In this document: positions 9,268 to 18,041 of the stretch, piece by piece
Layout: each line of letters opens with the position of its first letter
How positions within the stretch are numbered: position 1 is the stretch's first letter
IMG/VR virus record: IMGVR_UViG_2049941000_000100
Source of the DNA: an uncultured virus (IMG/VR IMGVR_UViG_2049941000_000100)
Taxonomy: Duplodnaviria > Heunggongvirae > Uroviricota > Caudoviricetes
Reading direction: 5' to 3' (one strand)
Length of the DNA stretch: 45,512 nt
Translations under genes and position numbers: made by a program
Notes under the pieces: generated by a model
What the model saw: only the letters and a program-made list of their open reading frames with translations
Databases searched by the model: none
Told to the model about the DNA's origin: nothing

Positions 9268-9924
9268 TTAATTCGGGAGTCTGTTTGCATAAAGGCAACC
9301 ATCTATGCAACCCCTCCGCAAACATTCCACAAAAATGTCCTTTTCAATCATCACATCTTCAAGTCCTGTATGAGATTCGATAAAATTATTATCGCCACTC
9401 AAATATTTATACAAAACTTCTGCGGTGAACCTCGGTTTTTTATACATAGTCAGATAGTTATTATCGGCGCAAAACTTTTGGTATTCCTTATCTTTTCCAA
9501 AAACTTCTTTGGCCATTTTCAAACTATCCCAAATTTCTACGCCATAAGGGAAGAACCACCGAAACTTTGAGGAAGTCGCATACCTTTGGGAAAGATTGCA
9601 AGATTTATAGTCAAAACTTGCATTATGCGCCACGATTTTCTGTATATTATGCTGAACGCATACATCTTTCAGAATAAATTTTACAGTTTTCAATCTGCGC
9701 AGAAAACGCTTCCCATTCTTAATATCTTCCCAATATTGGGGGATTTTTTCCGCAAAGTATGCGCTTGCCATCAATTCCTTATCGAGAAAAAAATCCGCAA
9801 TTACATAACTATGTGATTCGTATACATGCCCTGTTGCATCAATAACTGCAAACCCAATATCATATACAATGGGGTCATCCAAGGAGTTCGCAGTTTCAGA
9901 ATCAAATACCAAATATTTTTCCAT
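9268..9924 (-). CDS. DEDDh 3'-5' exonuclease (DnaQ-like)
   Basis: ExoI VFDSET, ExoII AHNASFD, WDSL, ExoIII HTGLEDV. Confidence 0.85.
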   Translation of the reverse strand: MEKYLVFDSETANSLDDPIVYDIGFAVIDATGHVYESHSYVIADFFLDKELMASAYFAEKIPQYWEDIKNGKRFLRRLKTVKFILKDVCVQHNIQKIVAHNASFDYKSCNLSQRYATSSKFRWFFPYGVEIWDSLKMAKEVFGKDKEYQKFCADNNYLTMYKKPRFTAEVLYKYLSGDNNFIESHTGLEDVMIEKDIFVECLRRGCIDGCLYANRLPN

Positions 9925-10051
9925 TCGCTTTATTTTCCTTTCCTCAACTCACAAGTAAAGTATACCACCATCAACCGAAAAAGTCAATCCCTAAAATTGT
10001 AAACAAAATATGAACGAGTGCAAATCGCCCGGGGAGTTAGGGATGGTTAAC

Positions 10052-10201
10052 CTAGTCCTCATCCCATCCTCGTTTATGCTTCTGTTTGCGGGAGTATTTT
10101 TTCTTGTCCTTTTCAATGCGAGTGTAAGGTTTTACCCCACCCCAATCGCCACGAATTTTATTGAGTGCGCGCAACTGTGCATCAGAAATTTTTCTTTCCA
10201 T
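10052..10201 (-). CDS. Basic 49-aa peptide, ArfA-like motif (54 aa to TAA 10037 if TAG is read)
   Basis: MERKISDAQLRALNKIRGDWGGVKPYTRIEKDKKKYSRKQKHKRGWDED; TAATG overlap with upstream gene. Confidence 0.65.
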   Translation of the reverse strand: MERKISDAQLRALNKIRGDWGGVKPYTRIEKDKKKYSRKQKHKRGWDED

Positions 10202-10395
10202 TAAAAACCAATTCTCCTTTTGTTTTCTCCACTAATAAGGTTGTAAGTCATGCCCTGTTTTTCATACACAGAAATCTGTGCAGAATTTTTATGCTCTCTG
10301 AAAACCTTATAGTATTCATCGACTTCGGCCTGTTCTTCGACCTCGAAGAAACCATAACTTCCATTAATACCTTTAATCTGAATAATGTACTGCAT
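10201..10395 (-). CDS. Small hypothetical protein
   Basis: AAAGGA RBS, own promoter, ends RRIGF. Confidence 0.7.
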   Translation of the reverse strand: MQYIIQIKGINGSYGFFEVEEQAEVDEYYKVFREHKNSAQISVYEKQGMTYNLISGENKRRIGF

Positions 10396-10633
10396 AACTG
10401 TTTTCCTTTCTTCTTTCTGATATTAGTATACCAAATAGGATTTGAAAAGTCAACCCACTTCACAAAAAGTTCACAATTTATTTTGCCCGGGCCACGCTCT
10501 ACCCTTACATCGACGCACTATTGGCAATTCGCGTAGTCTATAGGCATCAACCACGAGAAAAGGCCTACCCAATGTGCGCCCATGTAAGGATAGGGGGAGA
10601 GGGGTTTGGATACCCCTCTCCGAGGGGTTTGGA

Positions 10634-10972
10634 TTAGAGGGAGTACCCCTTCACAATCCGCTTGTCCACTTGCACATCACTAATGGTGATGTCCGCAATC
10701 CGCTTGCAGATAGCGGTGGCCTTAGAGGTACTCTCGATGCCGTCAATGGCATCACGAATCTGAGAGGCCGTCCGCACCTGATGGTCAGCGAGCAGAGCCT
10801 TCACAGCATCCACGAGGGGAGCATCCTCAGAGGAACGCTTCTCAGCGGCCTTCTGCGCCCTGCGCTCAGCCTCAGCGGCCATCTTCGCAAGCTCAGCCTG
10901 CGCCTTCTCAGCCATCTCAGCAGTCACCACAGCACCCTCAACAACAGCAGTCAGCATTTCCTTCATCGTCAT
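10634..10972 (-). CDS. Array family A protein, copy 2
   Basis: MTMKEML...IESTSKATAICKRI...VKGYSL; AAAGGA RBS; hairpin 10596-10621 downstream. Confidence 0.8.
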   Translation of the reverse strand: MTMKEMLTAVVEGAVVTAEMAEKAQAELAKMAAEAERRAQKAAEKRSSEDAPLVDAVKALLADHQVRTASQIRDAIDGIESTSKATAICKRIADITISDVQVDKRIVKGYSL

Positions 10973-11140
10973 AGTTCTTGTTTCCTTTCTCGTTTTTTNN
11001 NNNNNNNNNNNNNNNNNNNNNNNNNNNNNNNNNNNNNNNNNNNNNNNNNNNNNNNNNNNNNNNNNNNNNNNNNNNNNNNNNNNNNNNNNNNNNNNNNNNN
11101 NNNNNNNNNNNNNNNNNNTAAAATTTCTTTGAAAAATTTT

Positions 11141-11216
11141 TGGTGGGAGAGGGGGGATTCGAACCCGCCACCGCAGTTGAGTAGTGTCAACCTCATTACC
11201 ATTGTGATACTCTCCC
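11141..11216 (-). tRNA. tRNA-like gene with non-canonical anticodon loop (CACUAC)
   Basis: 76 nt: acceptor GGGAGAG/CTCTCCC-A-CCA, D loop AATGGTA, stem GTTGA/TCAAC, GGTTCGAATCC T loop; promoter just upstream. Confidence 0.7.
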
Positions 11217-11361
11217 TTGGAACAATTATAGTATAGCAAATAGGGGTCTAAAAGTCAACCCTTTTTTCAGAACTAAAAGAGTTAATTTGTCCTTTTAATG
11301 GGTCTATTTCGACCCGGGCAAGTTTATGCATCGCGCGCATAAATATGAAAAGAAAGGACTT

Positions 11362-11805
11362 TTATGCAAGTCCTTTCAGAATCTCGATGATATTATTTAC
11401 ATCAAACGCTGTACCTTTCCATTCATTTCGGTTATTACTCTCATCATCGAAGAGAATACCTTTGGGGAAGTTTACCATTGAACTTTTCGGAGTACCATAT
11501 GCAACAATGTGAATTTCGTCAAACTTTACACTTTTCAAATGAGTGGAAAGCCACTTCTTTTTTGCGTTTGTTACTTTCATATCATAATCGCTATTCGGAA
11601 TTTTGGAAAGCCAACTCACGATACCGATTTTATATCCTTTCGCCTGTAAGTTATTCAAAAGTCTTGCAAGACTATTCATATTTACCAAAGGTTTTGCGAT
11701 TTCATAAGGAGTAGAATCATATGCCCTTAACATATCCAACCAGTTATTAACTCCATAAAGATTGGCGATTGTTCCATCCATATCGAAGTAGATTGCTTTA
11801 GTCAT
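11362..11805 (-). CDS. HAD-family 5'(3')-nucleotidase-like protein, copy 1
   Basis: FDMDGTIA motif I, IVSW motif II, K, ILFDD motif IV. Confidence 0.85.
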   Translation of the reverse strand: MTKAIYFDMDGTIANLYGVNNWLDMLRAYDSTPYEIAKPLVNMNSLARLLNNLQAKGYKIGIVSWLSKIPNSDYDMKVTNAKKKWLSTHLKSVKFDEIHIVAYGTPKSSMVNFPKGILFDDESNNRNEWKGTAFDVNNIIEILKGLA

Positions 11806-11955
11806 TTTCGGAAGTCCTTTCCTCTTTTCTTGTCTATATTATAAACTATAAACTTAAATTTGTCAATAACTTTTTTACCCGTTCATAAAAAGTTCACAAT
11901 TGCGCCCGCCCGGGCAAGTTAGCAACCGCTAACCGATGTATAAAAAAAGAGAGTG

Positions 11956-12058
11956 TTAACTCTCCTTTTTCGCCTTTTCGGCTTTCTTTTCGGCCTTTAC
12001 TTTCTTTTCATTCTGCTTGAAAGTGTATGCCTGTGCATCTTCATACACATCATATCCA
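11956..12058 (-). CDS. Array family B protein, 3' fragment cut by gap
   Basis: GYDVYEDAQAYTFKQNEK...ES, nearly identical to 13860 copy. Confidence 0.6.
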
Positions 12059-12469
12059 NNNNNNNNNNCACTTTCTGTAATTATTATAGCACATCTTTTT
12101 CTTTTTGTCAACCCCTTTTTTCAACTTTTTTTAAGTTTTTTTCGGAGTTCTTGGGGAGTGCCATCCCTTACTTTCTGTACTTAGTTTACCATATTCGGCG
12201 TTGGTTGTCAAGGGGTTTTTCAAAATTTCTTTGAAAAATTTTTCGGGGGTCTCTGTGCCAAAGCACTGCTCTCTCCGCCCCTTGACGACCTTCTTTTCCT
12301 TTGAGAGTGAGTGCCCTCGGCTGTTTTCCTCACTCCCTTGGAACAATTATAGTATAGCAAATACCACCCTAAAAGTCAACCCCTTTTTTAAAATTAAAAG
12401 AGTTAATTTGTCCTTTTTATGGGTCTATTTTTCGCCCGGGCGAAAAGGCATAACGCCTTTTTATAGATA

Positions 12470-12703
12470 TTAATTCTCAATATTATGAATGGTTAGTTCG
12501 GCATCAAGTTTTAATACTAACGCATCATCATCATAAGTTGTAAGGCATCCAATGGATAGGCAGACGGCATTGTATTTTTCTTGCTCGGCTTCAATAGAAT
12601 TAATTTTCATACAGATAGAATTATCCATAGGGTCTTTAAAAATTTCACCCCAATTAATGTCTTTAAAAGTTTCAATGTCTGGAGTTTTGTCATTAATTAT
12701 CAT
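12470..12703 (-). CDS. Small hypothetical protein, related to 7847-8077
   Basis: AAAGGA RBS, own promoter. Confidence 0.75.
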   Translation of the reverse strand: MIINDKTPDIETFKDINWGEIFKDPMDNSICMKINSIEAEQEKYNAVCLSIGCLTTYDDDALVLKLDAELTIHNIEN

Positions 12704-12847
12704 AATTTTTATTTCCTTTCTTTTTTTCTAAATATAGTATAGCAAATGAAAGTAAAATTGTCAATACTTNNNNNNNNNNTTGTGAACTTTTTATGAATGT
12801 CCGGGCAATTTATGCACTGCGCGTATAAATATAAAAAGAAAGGACTT

Positions 12848-13291
12848 TTATGCAAGTCCTTTCAGAACTCCAATGATATTATTTACATCGAACGCTGTAC
12901 CTCTCCATTCATTTCGGTTATTACTCTCATCGTCGAAGAGAATACCTTTGGGGAAATTTACCATTGAACTTTTCGGAGTACCATATGCAACAATATGAAT
13001 TTCGTCAAATTTTACGCTTTTCAAATGGATGGAAAGCCACTTCTTTTTTGCGTTCGTTACTTTCATATCATAATCGCTATTCGGAATTTTGGAAAGCCAA
13101 CTCACGATACCGATTTTATATCCTTTCGCTTGCAAGTTATTCAAAAGCCTTGCAAGACTATTCATATTTACCAAAGGCTTTGCGATTTCGTAAGGGGTGG
13201 AATCATATGCCCTTAACATATCCAACCAGTTATTAACTCCATAAAGATTGGCGATTGTTCCATCCATATCGAAGTAGATTGCTTTAGTCAT
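12848..13291 (-). CDS. HAD-family nucleotidase-like protein, copy 2
   Basis: Differs from copy 1 at only a few residues. Confidence 0.85.
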   Translation of the reverse strand: MTKAIYFDMDGTIANLYGVNNWLDMLRAYDSTPYEIAKPLVNMNSLARLLNNLQAKGYKIGIVSWLSKIPNSDYDMKVTNAKKKWLSIHLKSVKFDEIHIVAYGTPKSSMVNFPKGILFDDESNNRNEWRGTAFDVNNIIGVLKGLA

Positions 13292-13433
13292 TTTAGGAAA
13301 TCCTTTCCTCTTTTCTTGTCTATATTATAACGTATATTTTTAAATTTGTCAATAACTTTTTTACTCGTTCATAGAAAATTCATAATTGCGCCCGCCCGGG
13401 CAAAGAGGCATAACGCCTCGTTATAATTAATAT

Positions 13434-13649
13434 TTATTCTCCATCTAATAGGAGTTCTCCCAAATTATTTTCAACTCGTTCAATACAGCAAACTTCACAG
13501 TCTTCTTGATAGATAGCCTCAATAAGTTCTTGCGAAAGTTGGTTTGCTCCTTCAAAGTCCCTACTCCAGAAATCTTCGCTGGCGAGAATATCAAACTTGT
13601 CATCAACTTTGACTTCAATTTCTTTAATAACTTTTGCAATTACTTTCAT
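13434..13649 (-). CDS. Small acidic hypothetical protein
   Basis: AAGGAG RBS, TAA stop. Confidence 0.7.
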   Translation of the reverse strand: MKVIAKVIKEIEVKVDDKFDILASEDFWSRDFEGANQLSQELIEAIYQEDCEVCCIERVENNLGELLLDGE

Positions 13650-13859
13650 ATTACTCTCCTTTTAATTATTTAATATTCTGATATGATTGAATCAATAAGG
13701 TCTCAAAGTAGTTCCCATCTTTTTATTTTCCTTTCCTTTTTCTAAATATAGTATAACAAAAGAATTCTTATTTGTCAACTCTTTTTTTAGAAAAAAATAA
13801 TATATTATTTGCGCCCGGTCGGTTAGCAACTGTTAACCAACGTATAAAAAAAGAGAGTA

Positions 13860-14289
13860 TTAACTCTCCTTTTTCGTCTTTTCGGCTTTCTTTTCGGCCT
13901 TTACTTTCTTTTCGTTCTGCTTGAAAGTGTATGCCTGTGCATCTTCATACACATCATATCCACTCCCATTACGTTCGCCCTTGGGAATCTGAAAGACTAC
14001 CTTGACGGCAGTTTCTTCTTCACCCTCTACTGCGGGGATACCATAAGAACCAGATGCGACTTGCAACACATCATATCCTGCGGCAATCAACGCATTNNNN
14101 NNNNNNGCGTTCGCCCTTGGGAATCTGAAAGACTACCTTGACGGCAGTTTCCTCTTCATTTTCTACTGCGGGGATACCATACGAACCAGATGCGACTTGC
14201 AACACATCATATCCTGCGGCAATCAACGCATTTTTGCAAATCTCCATAATCCGCGCGCGAGTGGATTCGCCAATCTTCTTTTGTACCAT
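13860..14289 (-). CDS. Array family B protein (middle part duplicated across a 10-N gap)
   Basis: MVQKKIGESTR...GYDVLQVASGSYGIPAVE...IPKGERNGSGYDVYEDAQAY; another 5' end at 14599-14636. Confidence 0.7.
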
Positions 14290-14374
14290 TAAATTTTCCC
14301 CTTTCATTTTTTCTAATATAATTATATCATAAAATTTAAATTTTGTCAAGTTTTAATTTTAAATTTTAATTTTA

Positions 14375-14456
14375 TTCCAAGGGGTTTACGTTCGTCAACG
14401 TTGGGACTCGAACCCATTTGGGATTTTGGCTGCCACCCTTTTCCATCCCCTTGGAA
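14375..14456 (-). ncRNA. Candidate small RNA with tRNA-type T arm
   Basis: Closing stem TTCCAAGGGG/CCCCTTGGAA, internal TGGGTTCGAGTCCCA, promoter directly upstream, no ORF. Confidence 0.5.
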
Positions 14457-14713
14457 CACTTATATTATAAACTATAAAATTCAAAATTGCAAGTCCTTTT
14501 TAGAAAATATATAATATATTATCTGCGCGCCCGGGTGAGTTAGCATACGCTAACTCGTATGTAAAAAGAAAAGGGCAGTTATGCCCTTNNNNNNNNNNTG
14601 CGCGCGAGTGGATTCGCCAATCTTCTTTTGTGCCATTAAATTTTCCCCTTTCATTTTTTCTAATATTATTATATCACAAAATTTAAATTTTGTCAAGTTT
14701 TAANNNNNNNNNN

Positions 14714-14898
14714 CACCCTACGGTGTTAAGGGCTCGTACCTCTCTCGGCATGTAATCCTCGCCGCGCTTTTACTTCGGTTCCCCGACTTACGGACTCTCG
14801 TGGGTCTCTGGCTTTACAGTAGCGGGCTTCGCTTTCGCGGGCTGAACGCTGGCTCCTTGCCGAAGGGTTTTAAGGGTTTTCCTTCCCTCACTTTCTGT
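14714..14898 (-). ncRNA. Candidate GC-rich structured RNA
   Basis: Follows TTGACA-N17-TATAAT (14903-14931); no ORF recognised; TCGGCA/TGCCGA pairing, CGC-GAAA-GCG tetraloop. Confidence 0.4.
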
Positions 14899-15116
14899 AG
14901 TTATTATACCACAGAATGGTTTCTTTGTCAAGAGGTTTTTCAAACTTCTTGGAGGAGTTGGGTGGCCTTCCCTTCCCTCATCTTCTGTAAGTATTATAGC
15001 ACGCGCTTGTTAAAAAGTCAATAGGTTTTTAAATAATATATAATATATAATTTGCGCGCCCGGGCAATAGTTAGCATATGTTAATCTGCGCCGTAAAAAT
15101 AAAAGCCTTTCGGCTT

Positions 15117-15566
15117 TTACTTACAATTCATGTCCAACCATTCTTTCATTTTTTTACTTTCACTATAAATTTTGATTTTAATGCCGCCGCCATTTTTTTT
15201 GCTTTCTCTATCGAGGGCGGCGAACTTGTGAATGAACTTGGAGAATTCGTTGATGTTCATGAAGTAAGTGTCGCAATCGTTAAGGACGAGGGCGAAAGTA
15301 TCGGAATGAGTGTTCTTGCGGAACCGCCGCCAAATACCCTCGAAAGTGTGGCAACCCTTGCAAAAACCGCCGCTCATGAGGGTTGCGCTCGGAGTTTTGA
15401 CGGAGATGTTCATGTTGTCCAGTTCAATGTCGGAACCCACATTGTAAGGAGTCTTATCATGTGTCGTGCGCTCGATGCCGTAGTAGTTGCAGAGAGACCA
15501 TTCTTTGTTGATGCCGTTGTTCTTGGTGGCGGTGATTTCGAAATCTTTGATGTTGATGTGTTTCAT
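15117..15566 (-). CDS. Hypothetical protein, possible PD-(D/E)XK nuclease fold
   Basis: E...SDIE....ISVK...ATL pattern; AAAGGA RBS; own promoter. Confidence 0.7.
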   Translation of the reverse strand: MKHINIKDFEITATKNNGINKEWSLCNYYGIERTTHDKTPYNVGSDIELDNMNISVKTPSATLMSGGFCKGCHTFEGIWRRFRKNTHSDTFALVLNDCDTYFMNINEFSKFIHKFAALDRESKKNGGGIKIKIYSESKKMKEWLDMNCK

Positions 15567-15963
15567 GTTTTTGTTTTCCTTTCTTTTGATGTCTTAAGTA
15601 TACACTATAAAACCGGGTTTGTCAACTACTTTTTTTATTGTTCATAATTTGTTCATAAATTCGCCTTCGCCCGGGCAAGATGTATATATGCAGTATAAAT
15701 GAGTATTTATACATTGAACTGTTGCTTCTCTGTTTGCGTCCCCTCTGTGGTGCCACTCCTTGTCTCTTTCTAATATTATTATAACATAAAAAAAAGGATT
15801 TGTCAACCCCTTTTTTATTTTTTTTCTGTTTTATTTGTNNNNNNNNNNAGTATATTTATGCACAAAACCGTTGCTTCTCTGTTTGCGCTCCCTCTCGGTA
15901 CCACTCCCCGTCTCTCTTTCTAATATTATTATAACATAAAAAAAGGATTTGTCAACCCCTTTT

Positions 15964-16155
15964 TTATTTTTTTTCTGTTTTATTTGTTAAATTATGAAAC
16001 ACGATACCGTCAACATGCTGTGCTTCTAATTGTGCAACCCATTCACTATTGAATGTAGCATGGCAATAAAACTGCCCACGATAGACTTTAGCCACAATGA
16101 ATTCGCGTTTTTCATCTGTAGAGGTCATTCCGGAAATGTAAACATTAGTAAGCAT
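15964..16155 (-). CDS. Small hypothetical protein
   Basis: AAGGAG RBS, own promoter. Confidence 0.7.
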   Translation of the reverse strand: MLTNVYISGMTSTDEKREFIVAKVYRGQFYCHATFNSEWVAQLEAQHVDGIVFHNLTNKTEKK

Positions 16156-16210
16156 TTTTTTATCTCCTTTTCTTTTTCTGATTAGATTATATCACGGGGA
16201 AAGGGATTTG

Positions 16211-16345
16211 TCAACCCTTTTTTAGAATTTTTTTATTTTTTCCAATGGTTCCAACCAATTCCCAACCATCAAATTGGGGAATCCAATCCACTGGCATTTC
16301 ATAAATTTTCCCAGTATAAATACTTTTCCAAAGATTAACTTTCAT
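16211..16345 (-). CDS. Small hypothetical protein (44 aa)
   Basis: MKVNLWKSIYTGKIYEMPVDWIPQFDGWELVGT; RBS and promoter. Confidence 0.6.
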   Translation of the reverse strand: MKVNLWKSIYTGKIYEMPVDWIPQFDGWELVGTIGKNKKILKKG

Positions 16346-16499
16346 TTTTTAATTCCCTTTCCTTTTTCTTGACTTAAGTATACCATACTTATTCCGGTTT
16401 GTCAACTACTTTTTTAAAATATATAATATATAATTTTGGGAGTTGGCCCGGGCCAGTAGTATTTAACGAATAGTTGAAAGTATAAAAAATAGGAGAATT

Positions 16500-16685
16500 T
16501 TATTCTCCTACCATTTCATTATATATTATATCCATTACATCTTTTGCGTCTTCTTTGCTTTGACATTCAATAGTCATATATTCATCGGAATTTTTGAAAT
16601 ATAACTTGATTATTGAGTGGACAATCATCGCATTACGAATTTCTTCGCAATTTATGATATTTCCATAAATATAAACGACTTTCAT
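16500..16685 (-). CDS. Small hypothetical protein
   Basis: GGAGG RBS before ATG 16685. Confidence 0.7.
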   Translation of the reverse strand: MKVVYIYGNIINCEEIRNAMIVHSIIKLYFKNSDEYMTIECQSKEDAKDVMDIIYNEMVGE

Positions 16686-16689
16686 ATTC

Positions 16690-16785
16690 TTACCTCCCAA
16701 AAATCTCGGAAATTTTGAAAACCAAAACGGTACGCCAGTTCTCGAACCCGTATTTTGCGATTACCTTATTCTGCAACTTCTTCAT
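16690..16785 (-). CDS. Small peptide (31 aa)
   Basis: MKKLQNKVIAKYGFENWRTVLVFKISEIFGR; GAGG RBS, promoter. Confidence 0.55.
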   Translation of the reverse strand: MKKLQNKVIAKYGFENWRTVLVFKISEIFGR

Positions 16786-16865
16786 TTTTCTGTACCTCTT
16801 TCTCTTTTCTTGATTAAATTATACACTATAATTTCCGGATTGTCAATACTTTTTTTGAAAAAAGT

Positions 16866-17006
16866 TTATCCTAAAAGCCATAAAATTGTGAGAAAACTGG
16901 CGGCGCCGAAAATTGCGGGAATAAGAATCCTACAAATCCAAATCACGTCAAAGAGGAAAGAATAAGGACGGACTTTTATGATTTTGTTAAGAACACGAAT
17001 TTTCAT
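16866..17006 (-). CDS. Small membrane peptide (46 aa)
   Basis: GAGG RBS, hydrophobic C-terminus. Confidence 0.55.
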   Translation of the reverse strand: MKIRVLNKIIKVRPYSFLFDVIWICRILIPAIFGAASFLTILWLLG

Positions 17007-17217
17007 GGAATTTTCCTCTCTTTTTATTTTCTAAATAAATTATATCGTAAAATTATGAATAATTCAAGTTTTAAATATTAAGAAATTTTAAACTGCTGGC
17101 GGCGCGCCCGGGCAAATTAAAATATGAATAAATTATGAACAATTATAAAATCCGGTTGACAATAGAAAAATATAGTGTATAATATAGGTAGAAAGAGAGA
17201 AAGAGAGGAAATAAAAA

Positions 17218-17382
17218 ATGTTCACTCTGAATTACAGTAGAGGTATAAAATGGAATGGTTATATGCACTTCGATAGTGAGATTGATGCAATCAATACTGC
17301 GTGGGGTATGTACGTTGAGAAGTTTGCCGATAAAGTAACTGTTACTGATAAAGATGGGAACGTTGTTTACCATATGGCATAA
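17218..17382 (+). CDS. Small hypothetical protein in an inverted cassette (54 aa)
   Basis: TTGACA(17156)-N16-TATAAT, GAGG RBS, TAA stop, hairpin 17386-17411. Confidence 0.75.
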   Translation: MFTLNYSRGIKWNGYMHFDSEIDAINTAWGMYVEKFADKVTVTDKDGNVVYHMA

Positions 17383-17520
17383 AGATATAGTTACTATATA
17401 GTAACTATATATTTATATCTGCTGGCGGCTACCTTAGTTAGCGACCGCTAACCTTTGCCCGGGCAAGAGTTAGTCTATGCTAACTAACTATTAACCTCCC
17501 ATTTGCTTTTGTTATGGTTC

Positions 17521-17958
17521 TTATGCGAGAGACTTGAGAACGTTGATGATGTTGGAAGGCGTGTATGCTTTGCCGTTCCAGTTTGCTCTATTGGCGGCCT
17601 CATCGTCAAAGAGGATTCCACCACCGCAGAGAGTGGATTTATTAGTTCCGTAAGGTACAATATGGATTGTGTCAAATTTGATGCTTCCCAGATGCTTCTT
17701 CAACCATTTGATTTTGCTGGCGGCAACCTTTGCATTGTAGTTTGCGCTTCCGCCTTTAGAAGTCCAACTAATGATGCCGACTTTATAACCTTTGGCCTGT
17801 ACCTTGTGGATTGCTTTGGCAAGAGTGTTCATGTTGCCGATAACGCTGGCGGCGGTGTAAGGGCTTGCGTCCTCGGCTACCAGTTTGGCAAGCCAGTTAG
17901 GAACGTTGTAGAGGTCTGCGATTGTGCCGTCCATATCGAACCAAATTGCCTTTTTCAT
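17521..17958 (-). CDS. HAD-family nucleotidase-like protein, copy 3 (diverged)
   Basis: FDMDGTIADLY, IISW, ILFDDE. Confidence 0.85.
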   Translation of the reverse strand: MKKAIWFDMDGTIADLYNVPNWLAKLVAEDASPYTAASVIGNMNTLAKAIHKVQAKGYKVGIISWTSKGGSANYNAKVAASKIKWLKKHLGSIKFDTIHIVPYGTNKSTLCGGGILFDDEAANRANWNGKAYTPSNIINVLKSLA

Positions 17959-18041
17959 TGCCTTAGCTCCTCTCTTAGCTTCTGTCTTATTATACTATAT
18001 TGCTGGCGGCTTGTCAACCCCCAGGGGGCCCGGGCCAGGGG

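Noticed and set aside
11918..11933. CIRCE or Rex operator calls for the array motifs
   Set aside because: CIRCE needs TTAGCACTC-N9-GAGTGCTAA and Rex an inverted TTGTGAA-N4-TTCACAA. Spacing and symmetry here differ.
13692..13718. 8-codon ORF after RBS and promoter
   Set aside because: Too short to support; may be a deletion remnant.
13970..14232. Tandem repeat inside family B gene; similar doubled segments at 15700-15838/15849-15988 and 14253-14353/14599-14703
   Set aside because: Each pair adjoins 10-N gaps, typical of assembly bubbles, so copy number is unreliable.
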